A DNA stretch of 64,000 bases. Source: Naegleria gruberi. Lineage: Eukaryota. Position 1 is the stretch's first letter. Every line of letters starts with the position of its first letter. The stretch lies in NCBI GenBank assembly GCA_000004985.1, contig GG738867.1. One strand, given 5' to 3'. The position numbers were made by a program, and so were the translations under genes. Below the pieces are notes generated by a model, which ran no database searches, was not told the origin of the DNA, and was given only the letters and a program-made list of their open reading frames with translations. Of this stretch, positions 32,194 through 42,957 are shown in pieces.

Positions 32194-33234
32194 TTAATTA
32201 TTTAAATTTAAATGGTTTGCAATTTTATCAGAAATGGATTCTATTGCGTCCAATTTAGCGGAATCTTGTTGCACTTTTTCAATTTTTTCATTATTTTCAA
32301 AATTAGAAACTTTGGAAGAAACTTTTTCATTATCATTTTCATCATTTAATAAATCAAACAATTGAATACACTTTTTTCTCACACTTTCGTTCGTTATTTT
32401 TTTAGAATTGACCAAGGCATCAAATCCACTCTCTCCATTTTGATCTTTCATTTCGAATAACTTTCTCAAATTCTTATTCTTAATTAAATATTCAAGCATT
32501 TCAAATCTTCCATCATAACATGCATAATGCAAAATTGAATATTTTCCCTTTCCAACAATAAATGGATTATAATTACATTCCTCAATTAAATATCTTAATA
32601 AATCCAACCTTCCATTTCTGGCAGTTTGTAATAAAATTGGTTTGTTCATTGGCCAGATTTCAAAGTTCATACTGTAAAATGTTTTCTTTCCATTGATTTC
32701 ATTTTTGAATTCTTCCAAGGTTAGTTTAGTTTCGTATTTTGTAAAGAACTTTCCACAAGTGTCAAATCTGTCACATAAATCATTATAGAATGGAATGGCA
32801 GGATTTTCTTCTCGATAACATGTGATCAAGGTTTTGAAATCTTCACTCAAAATAATAACATTTCCTTCGTATTCAACTTTCCATCTAATTTCTAATGAAT
32901 TATTCGAAACTCGTTCCTTTCCATAGCAGCCAAATTTCTTGATTTTTTTAATAAGTTCATTCGAGAAGAGTCTTTCCTTCTTTCTTATTCTTGAATGATA
33001 GGTGGAAAAAACAGAACTTGCTGTCGATATTATATCATCCATTTGATCTGAAAGTGTTTGTGAACTTTCCAATAGATCGGACGAATCAACAATACTTGAC
33101 TGATCATCATTTGATACATGACTTGCCACCGAATCTTCTACTTTATCCATCAAAACAACATTTCCATGATTATGATCCGTGTCTTGACTCATTTTTTTTT
33201 GGAAATTGTGAATGACTGTCAATTTCCTTGACAT
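32194..33234 (-). CDS. Ankyrin-repeat protein, 346 aa
   Basis: ANK repeats are present, e.g. LLQTARNGRLDLLRYLIEECNYNPFIVGKGKYSILHYACYDGRFEMLEYLIKN. The stop lies only about 58 nt upstream of the next gene's ATG on the same strand. Confidence 0.7.
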   Translation of the reverse strand: MSRKLTVIHNFQKKMSQDTDHNHGNVVLMDKVEDSVASHVSNDDQSSIVDSSDLLESSQTLSDQMDDIISTASSVFSTYHSRIRKKERLFSNELIKKIKKFGCYGKERVSNNSLEIRWKVEYEGNVIILSEDFKTLITCYREENPAIPFYNDLCDRFDTCGKFFTKYETKLTLEEFKNEINGKKTFYSMNFEIWPMNKPILLQTARNGRLDLLRYLIEECNYNPFIVGKGKYSILHYACYDGRFEMLEYLIKNKNLRKLFEMKDQNGESGFDALVNSKKITNESVRKKCIQLFDLLNDENDNEKVSSKVSNFENNEKIEKVQQDSAKLDAIESISDKIANHLNLNN

Positions 33235-33272
33235 TTTACATGAACAAAAAAAGATTTTTTATTAGACTCGTT

Positions 33273-34997
33273 TTACAAGGTAAAGAATGAAAGAATAATC
33301 AAAAGCAATACCATCGCAATGCTTGGATGACTAATTAATTGTCCATCATTGACTCTATCAGGATTTGTTGAATTTTTGGCAATGACACCTGTTGTGAAAG
33401 AAGTGGTTGGGTTGACTGAAGAGACAGCTGCTGGAACTTCTACTTTAAGCAGTTGAGCTGAAACAGTGGATTCCTGGTTGACTCCACTGGTAGCAAAAAT
33501 ACTTCCCCAACAACTGGAAGAAGGCCAAGTAAATACGAAACTTTGTCCATTATTCAAGTTTCCACTATCGATATTGGAAAGATTTCTACAAGCTAAATTG
33601 ATATAAAATCTAAATTGACCACCACCAGTTGTAATTGCAGTGATATTGTACAATTGACCAGAAGTTGGCTTTGCCCACAATGTTTTTGAAAGACCAGTTC
33701 CATTCGTATTTCTTTGAGAAGTTTTAGAAGTTCTATTCGAAAAGACAACTGCTTGTTTCCATGTATCGAAATATCCCAATGAACCTCCATATTCCAATGC
33801 CCATGGACCTCTCATGGAAATTAAATTTTGATTCAGACTGAATTTAATTGGCTTATCTTCACCATTCAAATATCCTGAACATGATTTGAGAGGTCTGAGG
33901 GCAGCTCTAATAACTTGCAATTCATAGGCAGCTTGATTACTCCATCCACCCGGATGCAATGTGTAATTACTTCCAATTTCAACATAGATATTGAATGGAG
34001 TTCCTGTATTTCTGTCTGTAACGTAAGCTCCATAAGTTTTCAGAGTTTCAGCAATTTTTCTCAATTTTGGAATGGTCAATGATTTGGTTACGTTGAAATC
34101 TGAAGGAAGCATCAATAAACTGCCTTCTGGAATTGTTCCATAATTGGTAGCGGCTGCATCACCATCAGCAGCTGTGGCTGGCCAAACATAGGTTGGATTA
34201 TTGGACAAACCATTAAATGTCATAGACAAGGTCAATGCATGTCTATATTGTGAATCACCATCATCAACTTCATACTTTCTAATCAATCCAGCAGAGCTAG
34301 GAACACCAGTGGCTCTAGCTCCCTGATAGAAGAATGCAGGAGTTCCCCAACCAACACCATCAAGAGCTGACCAACCATACAATGCTGCACGCCATGTTCC
34401 ATTCACATTCTTCAATTGCCAGAATGAGTGAATTACTTTATCAATTGGATCAAAAATTTCACAATGTCCTATTCAAGTACAATCATTGAAATTCAACACA
34501 CAACAAATTCAACCAATGAAACACAAAGTTAAATAAATGACAAATAAATGAACTAAACTTACCATCACTTCCACTTGCTGGTAAAGTATTAGATGGCCAA
34601 CGAGGAATTGTAACACTCGTTGTAGATCCACCAATATCAGCAATGGCAATGCCAGTATTTGCAGATGGACCATAAACTAACTTGGAGGTATCATCTGCAG
34701 AAGCAATGAAAACACCAGTTGAGTAAATACCTTCACCAATGGCTGGATAGAAAGAAGATTGAGGAACAGTCTTGGAATCGTCTAAAACTGGGTTGACTGG
34801 ACGACTATTCCAAGGAGAGTTGGCAGAGAATGGTCTGTAAACGCTACCAAAAGGATAAGTAGCTGCTTGAATGACTGTTGTGTCATACAGGAATATGTCT
34901 ACACACACAAGTCAAAAAGTCAGTTGCCAAAAATTAACTTACAAATTGCTAGGAACAATGTAACGAGTGACAATCTAACGTATCTATTAACTTTCAT
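33273..34997 (-). CDS. Secreted Thr/Ser/Asn-rich protein with N-terminal signal peptide and C-terminal hydrophobic tail (GPI-anchor-like), 3 exons (34997..34943, 34898..34563, 34468..33273), approx 528 aa
   Basis: Exon 1 encodes MKVNRYVRLSLVTLFLAI and ends at donor GTAAGT. Acceptor TGTGTGTGTAG gives a 44-nt intron. Exon 2 reads ...SGSD with donor GTAAGT and a 94-nt intron. Exon 3 starts GHCEIFDPIDKV.... Phases close, with 55 + 336 + 1196 nt of CDS. The C-terminus is PSIAMVLLLIILSFFTL. The function is unknown. Confidence 0.6.
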
Positions 34998-35450
34998 TGT
35001 TATTTTTTTTTTATTGCTGTTTTTATCAACTTGGAGTTATTGCACTACTCTTCAAATCAGCAAAAATGATAAGTGACAGTTGAATCGTCGAGTTTACTGA
35101 AAGGTAATGAGTCAACAACCAGTACACCAATGGAAACTATCATAATTGTATTTTTTTGGTGCATTGAATGTAACACACCTACGTTTCCGATAGTAAACTT
35201 ATCCTATTTATCTTTAGATATTTTCGCTCAAAATTCTACTGGAACCTTAATACACTCAATATTGTGGTTTTTACAATATTATGATATGTACAGCTCATAA
35301 TCAATCGATCATGAAATTGTACAGTTTTGAATGTTTATTGTAAAGAATTTAATTGTAAAGAATTTGTAAATTTAAAAAATATGTAAAAAATATTAAAAAA
35401 AATACCGTTACATTCAAGAGCACACACAACTCTCTCAGACAGATAATAGC

Positions 35451-37295
35451 ATGAAAATTACCGATTTGGATCACGATTCACTAGATAACATTCTTTCCTA
35501 TTGTCCCCATCGGGCATGTTATGAAATTCAATCGATGCGAGAAACATGTTCGGGATGGAATTTATTATTTCGAGGTGGAGGTGGAGAAAATACAAATTTA
35601 ATAGGGAACAATGGAGCGGAATTGATCGGAGAAGGAAATTCACTGGGAAAGATGGTGAAGGAGAGTGTTAGAAGTTCAAATTTGATGAAACGAGTGGAGG
35701 AAATGTATTTGCCTCGAGTGCACTTTCGTATTTCTGTGCCAGTTAGTAATGATGATAGTGAATTGGATTCAGAAATTGTTGATGATCAATCGATTTATTG
35801 GGAATATGTTCAGGAATTTAAAAAGATATTTGGGGATTCTGTTAGAATAGTTTCGGATTCAGAGTTGGAAATTGATTTTGAAATGGAAGAAAGTGTACTG
35901 CAGAATTTGGAAGAGGTAATTGAAAAGGATGTTGCTGTTAAAAAGAAGGAGGACTTGGTGACCTATCTCACAAATCGCTCAATCAATGTTGATACTTGCA
36001 AACTTTATCATGTTGTGAAAAAAATCGAACATGAAGAGAGAGAACTATCGAAACACATTACATTGGTTGACTTGTTTAATGATTGGAAGAATCAACCTAT
36101 TTTGAATAAGGAAATGAAAGTGAATCCATGTAGATTATACAAGAAGGTCATTCTTCATTTAATATTTACTAATACCTATGATACCAATACGAAAGATATT
36201 CATTTAAGCAGAGAATCAACAATAATTGCTTCAAATAGACGTGCAAAGGGATTTATATTTCCATACCGTACTAGAGATGAAATTAATTTCAGTTGGGGAA
36301 GTGTTAGTATGGATTACGAAGTAATTTACAAATTTAAAAGTAGGAATGAATCAGTAGAAGATAGAACGAGAATAATTGTGTACCATTTACTGAGAAACAA
36401 ATTAATTCCTGTAATGAATGAGACACTCATTGATTTGAAAAAATTATTTAGAAAGGACTTGTTGAACTATGTCAAAACTTTGGAAAGTGAGGAGGATTTA
36501 TATTACTTCCTCACTGTGAGGGAGAATATTTTGAAAAGATATAGAGATGGGCTCTTGAGTGGAAAGATCAAATTTCCAGATTTTACAAATGACAAGTTTA
36601 ATTTCCAAGTTGACAGTTTCATTATTCCACAATTTCTAAATCTCGTTGGATTAGAAAGTATGGACAATAAGCAACGAGGACAATTCCTCAAACAATTATT
36701 GAAACACATTTACAAATCTCAAGTATTACTTTCAGATGAAGCCCTAGAGGAATATTTTGAAAAAATGCAAATTGAGAGAAGAGAAAAATTTGCCATTACA
36801 GAAACTGAACGATTGAATGTTAGTTTCGAGAGAATATTCTTTGAAAGAGAAACGTCTACCATTTTTCATCATTTAGTTTCCTTTCCCTCCTTTCCTTCAA
36901 TTAGTTTAGAGAAAATTGATGAAGATATTCCAAAAGAACAAACTCTAACCAAATTGACCAGTACTGGTCAAATTGACAAATGTTGGACACGAGCATGTTG
37001 CATGAATAGGGTATGTGGAATCTGTAATTGTTGTGCAATATTATCATGTTGGTGTGCAACCAGTTGTTGCTGTTACACTCAAGATTCGAATGCTGATACA
37101 GTTCAAACAGTAAGAGGATTAGGATTACCAACATGGGTTGGATGGATGTTCAATTGTATCTGTTGTTATAGACATCGAATATTTCCAATGTTGGATTGTT
37201 TCAATTGTGTTAATCAATGCTTTACTGTTAAAGATGGAGTGGATGGTGTTGAATATAGATATCAGCGTATGTATCTAGAAAAGAAAAACATGTAA
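35451..37295 (+). CDS. Hypothetical protein with F-box-like N-terminus and C-terminal Cys-rich cluster, 614 aa
   Basis: N-terminus LDNILSYCPHRACYEIQSMRETCSGWNLLF. The C-terminus reads CWTRACCMNRVCGICNCCAILSCWCATSCCCYTQ...FNCICCYRHRIFPMLDCFNCVNQCF, about 30 Cys in 90 aa. Confidence 0.45.
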   Translation: MKITDLDHDSLDNILSYCPHRACYEIQSMRETCSGWNLLFRGGGGENTNLIGNNGAELIGEGNSLGKMVKESVRSSNLMKRVEEMYLPRVHFRISVPVSNDDSELDSEIVDDQSIYWEYVQEFKKIFGDSVRIVSDSELEIDFEMEESVLQNLEEVIEKDVAVKKKEDLVTYLTNRSINVDTCKLYHVVKKIEHEERELSKHITLVDLFNDWKNQPILNKEMKVNPCRLYKKVILHLIFTNTYDTNTKDIHLSRESTIIASNRRAKGFIFPYRTRDEINFSWGSVSMDYEVIYKFKSRNESVEDRTRIIVYHLLRNKLIPVMNETLIDLKKLFRKDLLNYVKTLESEEDLYYFLTVRENILKRYRDGLLSGKIKFPDFTNDKFNFQVDSFIIPQFLNLVGLESMDNKQRGQFLKQLLKHIYKSQVLLSDEALEEYFEKMQIERREKFAITETERLNVSFERIFFERETSTIFHHLVSFPSFPSISLEKIDEDIPKEQTLTKLTSTGQIDKCWTRACCMNRVCGICNCCAILSCWCATSCCCYTQDSNADTVQTVRGLGLPTWVGWMFNCICCYRHRIFPMLDCFNCVNQCFTVKDGVDGVEYRYQRMYLEKKNM

Positions 37296-37390
37296 ATACG
37301 AAACCTTTGGTCTTTCCGATAGAATTTTGCAAATGTCTCATTGTGGTGTTGACAACAGAACTGTGACGAAATAAAAAGATTGTCTTGAAT

Positions 37391-38659
37391 TCACTTAAAT
37401 TGGCAGTTCTTTATGTTGTGTGATAATAATATTTTCAAATTATCACTAAGTGAAATTTTCCCTCCATAAATATAAAGCAGTTTTAAATTTTTCATTTCCA
37501 AAAAAGATTGGGCACCTTCATCTCCAAATTTGTTAAATCTCACATCCAATTCAGTCAATTGACCTAATTCGCTTAAATATTTAGCTCCCTGATCTTCAAT
37601 CATATTGCTACAAATAATTAGAATTCTCAATTATTTCATTCCACTAATAAATTTACAACCTTCATCTCCAATTGAATTCTCAGAAATGTCCAAACTAGTC
37701 AAATTCTTCATTTCACTTATTGAAATAGTTTCCGAAGGTCCAATAGAATTGTACATAATGCTTAGATTAGTCAAATTATTCATTTCACTTATTAATTTTG
37801 CCTTCGCATGGTAAATTCCATTTTCATCAATTCTCAAACTTTTCAATTGATTCATCTTTATGAGATGGTTGATTCCTGCGATTGTAAAATTATTGAATGC
37901 AATGTCAATTTCTAATAATTGATTCATCTTGCTAATATAATTCAAACCTTCATCATCTATATAATTACTACACAAGTTCAGTTTTGTTAATTTTTTGAGT
38001 TGACTAATTGATTTGGCTTCTTCGGTTCCAATTTCATTTCTATTCAAGTAAAGTTCTTCTAATTCGTTTAATTCATTAATAAACTTGGCTATTTCAGATC
38101 CAAATCTGGTACAATTAATAGATAGCTTTTTCAATTGTTTCATTTTTCTAATTGATTTCAATCCTTCAATGTCAAATTCACAAAATAGCAAATCTAGATC
38201 CGTAACTTGATTCAGTTGACTAACATTTTCTAATCCTCCAGTTGGAAACACACCATTGGTAATACTTAATGATGTTAATTGGTTTAAATTGCCTATAGAT
38301 TCGGATTCCTTAACACTAATCTCGCCAAATAAACATAATTTTAAAGCAGTCAACTGTCTCATTAATTTAATGACTTGCCAAAAGTTCTCTCGATTTTTAA
38401 TTCCATTAAATGAAAGTGAAATTTCGATATTCACAATTCTGTCTAGAAATTGGCTCTTCTGCAACATGGTTACAGTTTAATCACAGCAAGCTAGGAATAA
38501 AATGTCAAGTTTCGAATAATTTTTAACTATTTTAAACCATTGCTTGGAAATTAAACAATAATTATTTAGTATTAAATATGAATTATCAAGAAAGGACAAA
38601 ATTTCAAAGCAAATATCATCATTAAATATTTCCTTCACCTCAGTTTCGTTTACTTTCAT
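37391..38659 (-). pseudogene. F-box/LRR family member with frame disruption and in-frame stop; a probable pseudogene paralog of 29104-30219
   Basis: The F-box ORF 38659-38477 (DDICFEILSFLDNSYLILNNYCLISKQW) is out of frame by 1 with the LRR ORF 38467-37631. The LRR reading ends ...ISGMK, followed by a TAA. It then continues in the same frame as LRILIICSNMIEDQGAKYLSELGQLTELDVRFNKFGDEGAQ, which is still LRR-like. No GT-AG intron can repair either break. Confidence 0.5.
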
Positions 38660-38875
38660 TTTTTTAAAATATTAATTCTAATAATCTCAAAAGCAACATC
38701 ACCACTACTCGAATATATTTCACCTAAAACTAATGAGAATTTAAATGTTTCCTAACAAGTTACTAATAATTCTGTTAATTTTCCCAATTTGGAAATTGTT
38801 CATTTCCAATAATTAATTTCTCTATGAAAAAAACAGAACAACCACAAGAAATCTTTAAACTAACTATTATTAGGA

Positions 38876-39412
38876 ATGCCCAATAATATTACTGCTACTA
38901 GCCACAAATCCTCTCCCGTTCATCATTCCCTAACTTTACAACTTGTTTCCATCACCAAAGATCCGGACACAAACTTTATTCTCGGACACAGCCACTTTAT
39001 AAAAACAGTTGAAGATTTGCATGAAACCATCTTCTCTACCAATCCAAATATCAAATTTGGAATTGCATTTTGTGAAGCAAGTGGAAAGTGTTTGATTAGA
39101 ACTTCAGGAAATGATCAGAAATTGATTGAAATGGCAATTCTCAATGCAAACTTGTTGAGAGCAGGACATACTTTCATAATCATGATTGAGAATGGATTTC
39201 CAGTTAATATTTTGAATTCTATTAAGAATGTTCCAGAAGTTTGTAGAATTTACTGTGCCACTGCTAATCCTACACAAGTCATTGTGTGTCAAACTGAACA
39301 GGGAAGAGGATTGATGGGTGTAATTGATGGATCAGAGTCGAAAGGAGTAGAAACTGAAGATGATGTAAAGGACAGAAAGGAATTATTAAGAAATATTGGT
39401 TATAAATTGTAA
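38876..39412 (+). CDS. Conserved hypothetical protein, 178 aa. It has a small alpha/beta fold and possibly belongs to the archaeal-type adenosine-specific-kinase-like family, at low confidence
   Basis: A clean ATG ORF. Motifs include GHSHFIKTVEDLHE, FGIAFCEASGKCLIRTSGN, AGHTFIIMIENGFPVNILN and VCRIYCATANP. Confidence 0.4.
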   Translation: MPNNITATSHKSSPVHHSLTLQLVSITKDPDTNFILGHSHFIKTVEDLHETIFSTNPNIKFGIAFCEASGKCLIRTSGNDQKLIEMAILNANLLRAGHTFIIMIENGFPVNILNSIKNVPEVCRIYCATANPTQVIVCQTEQGRGLMGVIDGSESKGVETEDDVKDRKELLRNIGYKL

Positions 39413-39641
39413 ACATTTTTCAATATGACAACAGAATATTCTAGAATATTCACCAATTCTTGTCCTGTGAAGAGGAGTAACTAAACGGAGATCTCTAATG
39501 TTGTCGTGGAGTGTTATCTCTTTTCAATTTTGGAAAGTTTTGAGTTTTCTATGAATAATATCTCCAAGAGATCCTTATCGTGACAGATTCTGAAATAGTT
39601 TGTTAATAACTATTAAACTAAAAAAATAGACCAACAACGGT

Positions 39642-40700
39642 ATGAAGAGTTCTGCTACTAATGCTAGTAGGAGGTTAACACCTATCAAGGTGAGAAGTAT
39701 AAATGACACTTGTCAAGGTGAAAATTGTTTTCTTTCAGTTCCAGTAATTTATCCATCAATAAGTAATGGGAATAATTTACATATTCCAAATACAAGAAAT
39801 AGGAGTAAGACATTGGGTGTACCTTCTCCATTTCCATCCTCACTTTCATTAGTCCAAAAATCAACTCGTTCGAATTCTTTAGAACTTGAAAATATTCAAA
39901 CATCAACATTTCACGGATTGACAACTCCACAAAGTCAATTAATGAAAGTATTGTATTTGAGTGAGAAGGATACACCAACAGAAGAGTCAACTGAAGCAAT
40001 TCCGCAACCAAAGAAAGAGTCAAATCATCATTTGACAGTTGATACCTTTGTAAATTCCTCAGCTTCTTCAAGTAGTTGTGACAGTTTTCTTTCATTAACA
40101 TTTTCATCAAATCCTCAAACTCCAACCATTCCTGAAAATCAAGAACCTCAATCACCAAAAGAGGATGCATCCGACCAAGTAATTAGTGAAGGACAAATCA
40201 TTTCGAGTATATTTGTGGAGATTGTTCGATATTTGATTTTACCATTCTTTGATTTTCTCATTTATCTGATTGGATTCATGCTCAACCAAGATGATACTCC
40301 AACTATTCATGTTATTAAGGCAAGTGGATCGAATTGTTCAACAAAAAAACTTTCGAATAATGTTGGTGATTTGCTTCATAATCACTTTAATCCTCCACGT
40401 ATTTCTGGAGAATTGTCTGATAAGAAATTTGTAAAAGAAATTTCTTTTCAAATTCCTGAGACAAAGGAAGAGGAATCACTTTTCCAATTCAATCTATTCC
40501 AACATATTTCACATATTAGAAATAGTTTGTTTGGATGGCTCTCCACTCACAACAAAACACTCTTTACAAGAAATGGAAAGAGTTGCAGAGCTTTGGTTAG
40601 AAATGAAGTGAAACATTTGAATACTTTGGCAACCTGTGAGTTTTCCCAAGCGAAGAGTCTAACAGATCTGATTGAATATTGGAAAAAGTCTATGAATTGA
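39642..40700 (+). CDS. Hypothetical Ser/Thr/Pro-rich low-complexity protein, 352 aa
   Basis: An ATG ORF with a biased-composition N-half and one hydrophobic segment, IFVEIVRYLILPFFDFLIYLIGFML. Confidence 0.4.
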   Translation: MKSSATNASRRLTPIKVRSINDTCQGENCFLSVPVIYPSISNGNNLHIPNTRNRSKTLGVPSPFPSSLSLVQKSTRSNSLELENIQTSTFHGLTTPQSQLMKVLYLSEKDTPTEESTEAIPQPKKESNHHLTVDTFVNSSASSSSCDSFLSLTFSSNPQTPTIPENQEPQSPKEDASDQVISEGQIISSIFVEIVRYLILPFFDFLIYLIGFMLNQDDTPTIHVIKASGSNCSTKKLSNNVGDLLHNHFNPPRISGELSDKKFVKEISFQIPETKEEESLFQFNLFQHISHIRNSLFGWLSTHNKTLFTRNGKSCRALVRNEVKHLNTLATCEFSQAKSLTDLIEYWKKSMN

Positions 40701-40820
40701 CCTAAAATGGTGAAGTTTAAATTGTAATTTTCTCAGAAATGAAGTTGGTGAAATTCTAGTGAGCACTCGAACTTCAAAAAACAAGCAAAATAGAAAATTC
40801 AAAAAGTAAATTCAAAAAAA

Positions 40821-41636
40821 ATGAAAAGAAATCAACAACTCACACTCGGAGACTTTTGCAAACCATCCCAAAAGAAAGTCAAATTAACAGATCAAGGTAG
40901 CCGTAGCTCATCGGCTTCTTCCAGTAATTCTTCCGCAAATAGTACTCCTCCAATAAAAGAAACCTTCTTGATCAATGATCAAAAGAATGGAGTTCAGGTG
41001 AGATATATTCCAAATTTCCTCTCAAGACAAGAATCTACCAAATTATTCAATGTTCTACTGCAAACATGTGAATTTGAGAAGGGAAAGTTTAAGATATTTG
41101 GAAAGGAAATTATTTCGAATAGACAAATATCGGCATTTGGAGAACGTGATTATGAACCATTGTTAAAAGAGGAAAATTATTCGAAACATCATAGAAGACC
41201 AGTCCATGATGAGTGGCCAAAAGAATTGACAGATTTGAAGGAAAGAATTGAAAAGTACACTGGTGACACATTCACATTCGCTCTCATCAATAGATATGAT
41301 ACTGGGGAAAGCTCAATTGGATGGCATTCGGATATGGAGCAAGATATCAAGAAGGATTCGTCAATTGTTTCCATATCTCTGGGAGCTGCAAGAGATTTCA
41401 AGTTTAGACCAACTCCCAAGAAGGAAAACTCGAAGAAATCACCAACCAAGAAGGATGAAGAAAGTGAAGAGGAAGAGAAGGTTCAAACTATCACTCAAAA
41501 ATTGGAGAATGGATCAATGGTGATTATGAATTATGCCACCCAAAGACACTATCAGCATTCCATTCCAAAAAGAAAGAATCTCAATTCAGTAAGATTGAAC
41601 ATTACATTCCGACATGTTGTGAGAAATAAACCTTGA
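40821..41636 (+). CDS. AlkB-family 2OG-Fe(II) dioxygenase (ALKBH2/3-like), 271 aa
   Basis: IGWHSDME carries the HxD motif. RHYQHSIPK and RLNITFRHV carry the second His and the 2OG Arg. The N-terminus carries an S-rich tail. Confidence 0.75.
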   Translation: MKRNQQLTLGDFCKPSQKKVKLTDQGSRSSSASSSNSSANSTPPIKETFLINDQKNGVQVRYIPNFLSRQESTKLFNVLLQTCEFEKGKFKIFGKEIISNRQISAFGERDYEPLLKEENYSKHHRRPVHDEWPKELTDLKERIEKYTGDTFTFALINRYDTGESSIGWHSDMEQDIKKDSSIVSISLGAARDFKFRPTPKKENSKKSPTKKDEESEEEEKVQTITQKLENGSMVIMNYATQRHYQHSIPKRKNLNSVRLNITFRHVVRNKP

Positions 41637-41770
41637 GTTTATTTCCTTTTCAAAGATGATGTCCACTAATAAATTATTGTAAAATATTGTTGTATATTAA
41701 TCCACTTGAAACTGTTTCAGAATGTTTGAAAATGTGCAATTTTCTCTCATCCCAAAAATTAACAGTCAGA

Positions 41771-42610
41771 TTAATTCATTTCCTCCAATTCATTAGAAGC
41801 ATGTTCAATTTCATCATTCACACAATCTCTGACAATATCTTGTTGTTTGCTCAATTGTCTTCTCAAATTTAAAATTCTCAACATGACAACAAAGCTACAA
41901 CCAATGAATGGCACACAGAAAATCAAAGCAAACAATGCAGTCAAGATTAAAATGATATAATCAGCTTCAATATTCAACTCTGGCATTGACTTGTATCTTT
42001 CAATCATGACATGCATAACAGAAATACCAACAGCACTCAAAATAATTCTAATCACTTGAAAGACAACTGCCAAAATGGAACAAACAAACCAAACAATACT
42101 ACAATAGAAACGTAAATTAGCCAAACGTAAAGCCTTTGAAATATAAATTGGATTATACTGATTTTGTTCAGCCCGTGTCAAAATTGCACCCAAAGAAGCA
42201 CCAAAATCTCCCACAGCAGAACTTCCATGTAAATAAGTAGAATCTTGTGGATTTGAAGATCCTGGATACAAACTGGCAATAATTCCTCCAATCGATCCAA
42301 TCATCATGAATACAGCAGTCAATAAATTAATAATCGAAACAATCACCATGAAAATTTGTAATTTCTTTGAAAGAGACTCGTCATACTTTTCCAATTCATC
42401 AGCATCAGACAAGGCAATAAATGTATTAATGGCCACAGCAAAGACAACCATAGACAAGGCAAATTTCAACAAGCAACTCAACCAGTAGAACATTAATTTT
42501 CTCGGATGAGCCTTCATGATGGCCATTGTATATTCGGAAGGCTTTGCATCTACTACTCCTGTTGCTGTTAAATTGGGATTAGGAGTATTATCCTCTTGAA
42601 GAAGGGACAT
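41771..42610 (-). CDS. Hypothetical multi-pass membrane protein (about 6 TM), 279 aa
   Basis: Hydrophobic helices include LMFYWLSCLLKFALSMVVFAVAI, IFMVIVSIINLLTAVFMMIGSIGGII, FYCSIVWFVCSILAVVFQVIRIIL and YIILILTALFALIFCVPFIGCSFVVML. The family is not recognised. Confidence 0.45.
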   Translation of the reverse strand: MSLLQEDNTPNPNLTATGVVDAKPSEYTMAIMKAHPRKLMFYWLSCLLKFALSMVVFAVAINTFIALSDADELEKYDESLSKKLQIFMVIVSIINLLTAVFMMIGSIGGIIASLYPGSSNPQDSTYLHGSSAVGDFGASLGAILTRAEQNQYNPIYISKALRLANLRFYCSIVWFVCSILAVVFQVIRIILSAVGISVMHVMIERYKSMPELNIEADYIILILTALFALIFCVPFIGCSFVVMLRILNLRRQLSKQQDIVRDCVNDEIEHASNELEEMN

Positions 42611-42957
42611 GATGGTGATGGCAATTTTTTGTGTTACTTTTTAATTGTTTGATGGACGGTTGAGGATTATCTTTGGCCATTGGTATAAATTAGGAATTGT
42701 TTGAAATTACAATGAAGAAAACTAGCAATGGAGAGTACGATATTCGATATCTTGCATTTGATGATTAAAATTAATATTCATTCCGATGTGATGAAAATAA
42801 TGATGATCACTGTAAAATTTTTGTATTAATTTTTAAAAAAAGATCATCACAACAAAAGAAGTTCGGAGTTTCAATTCATCATATAGTTTTTAATACAAAT
42901 AATTAATACAACATAATACAACAAATAATTTAAAATACAATACATAATAACAACAGC

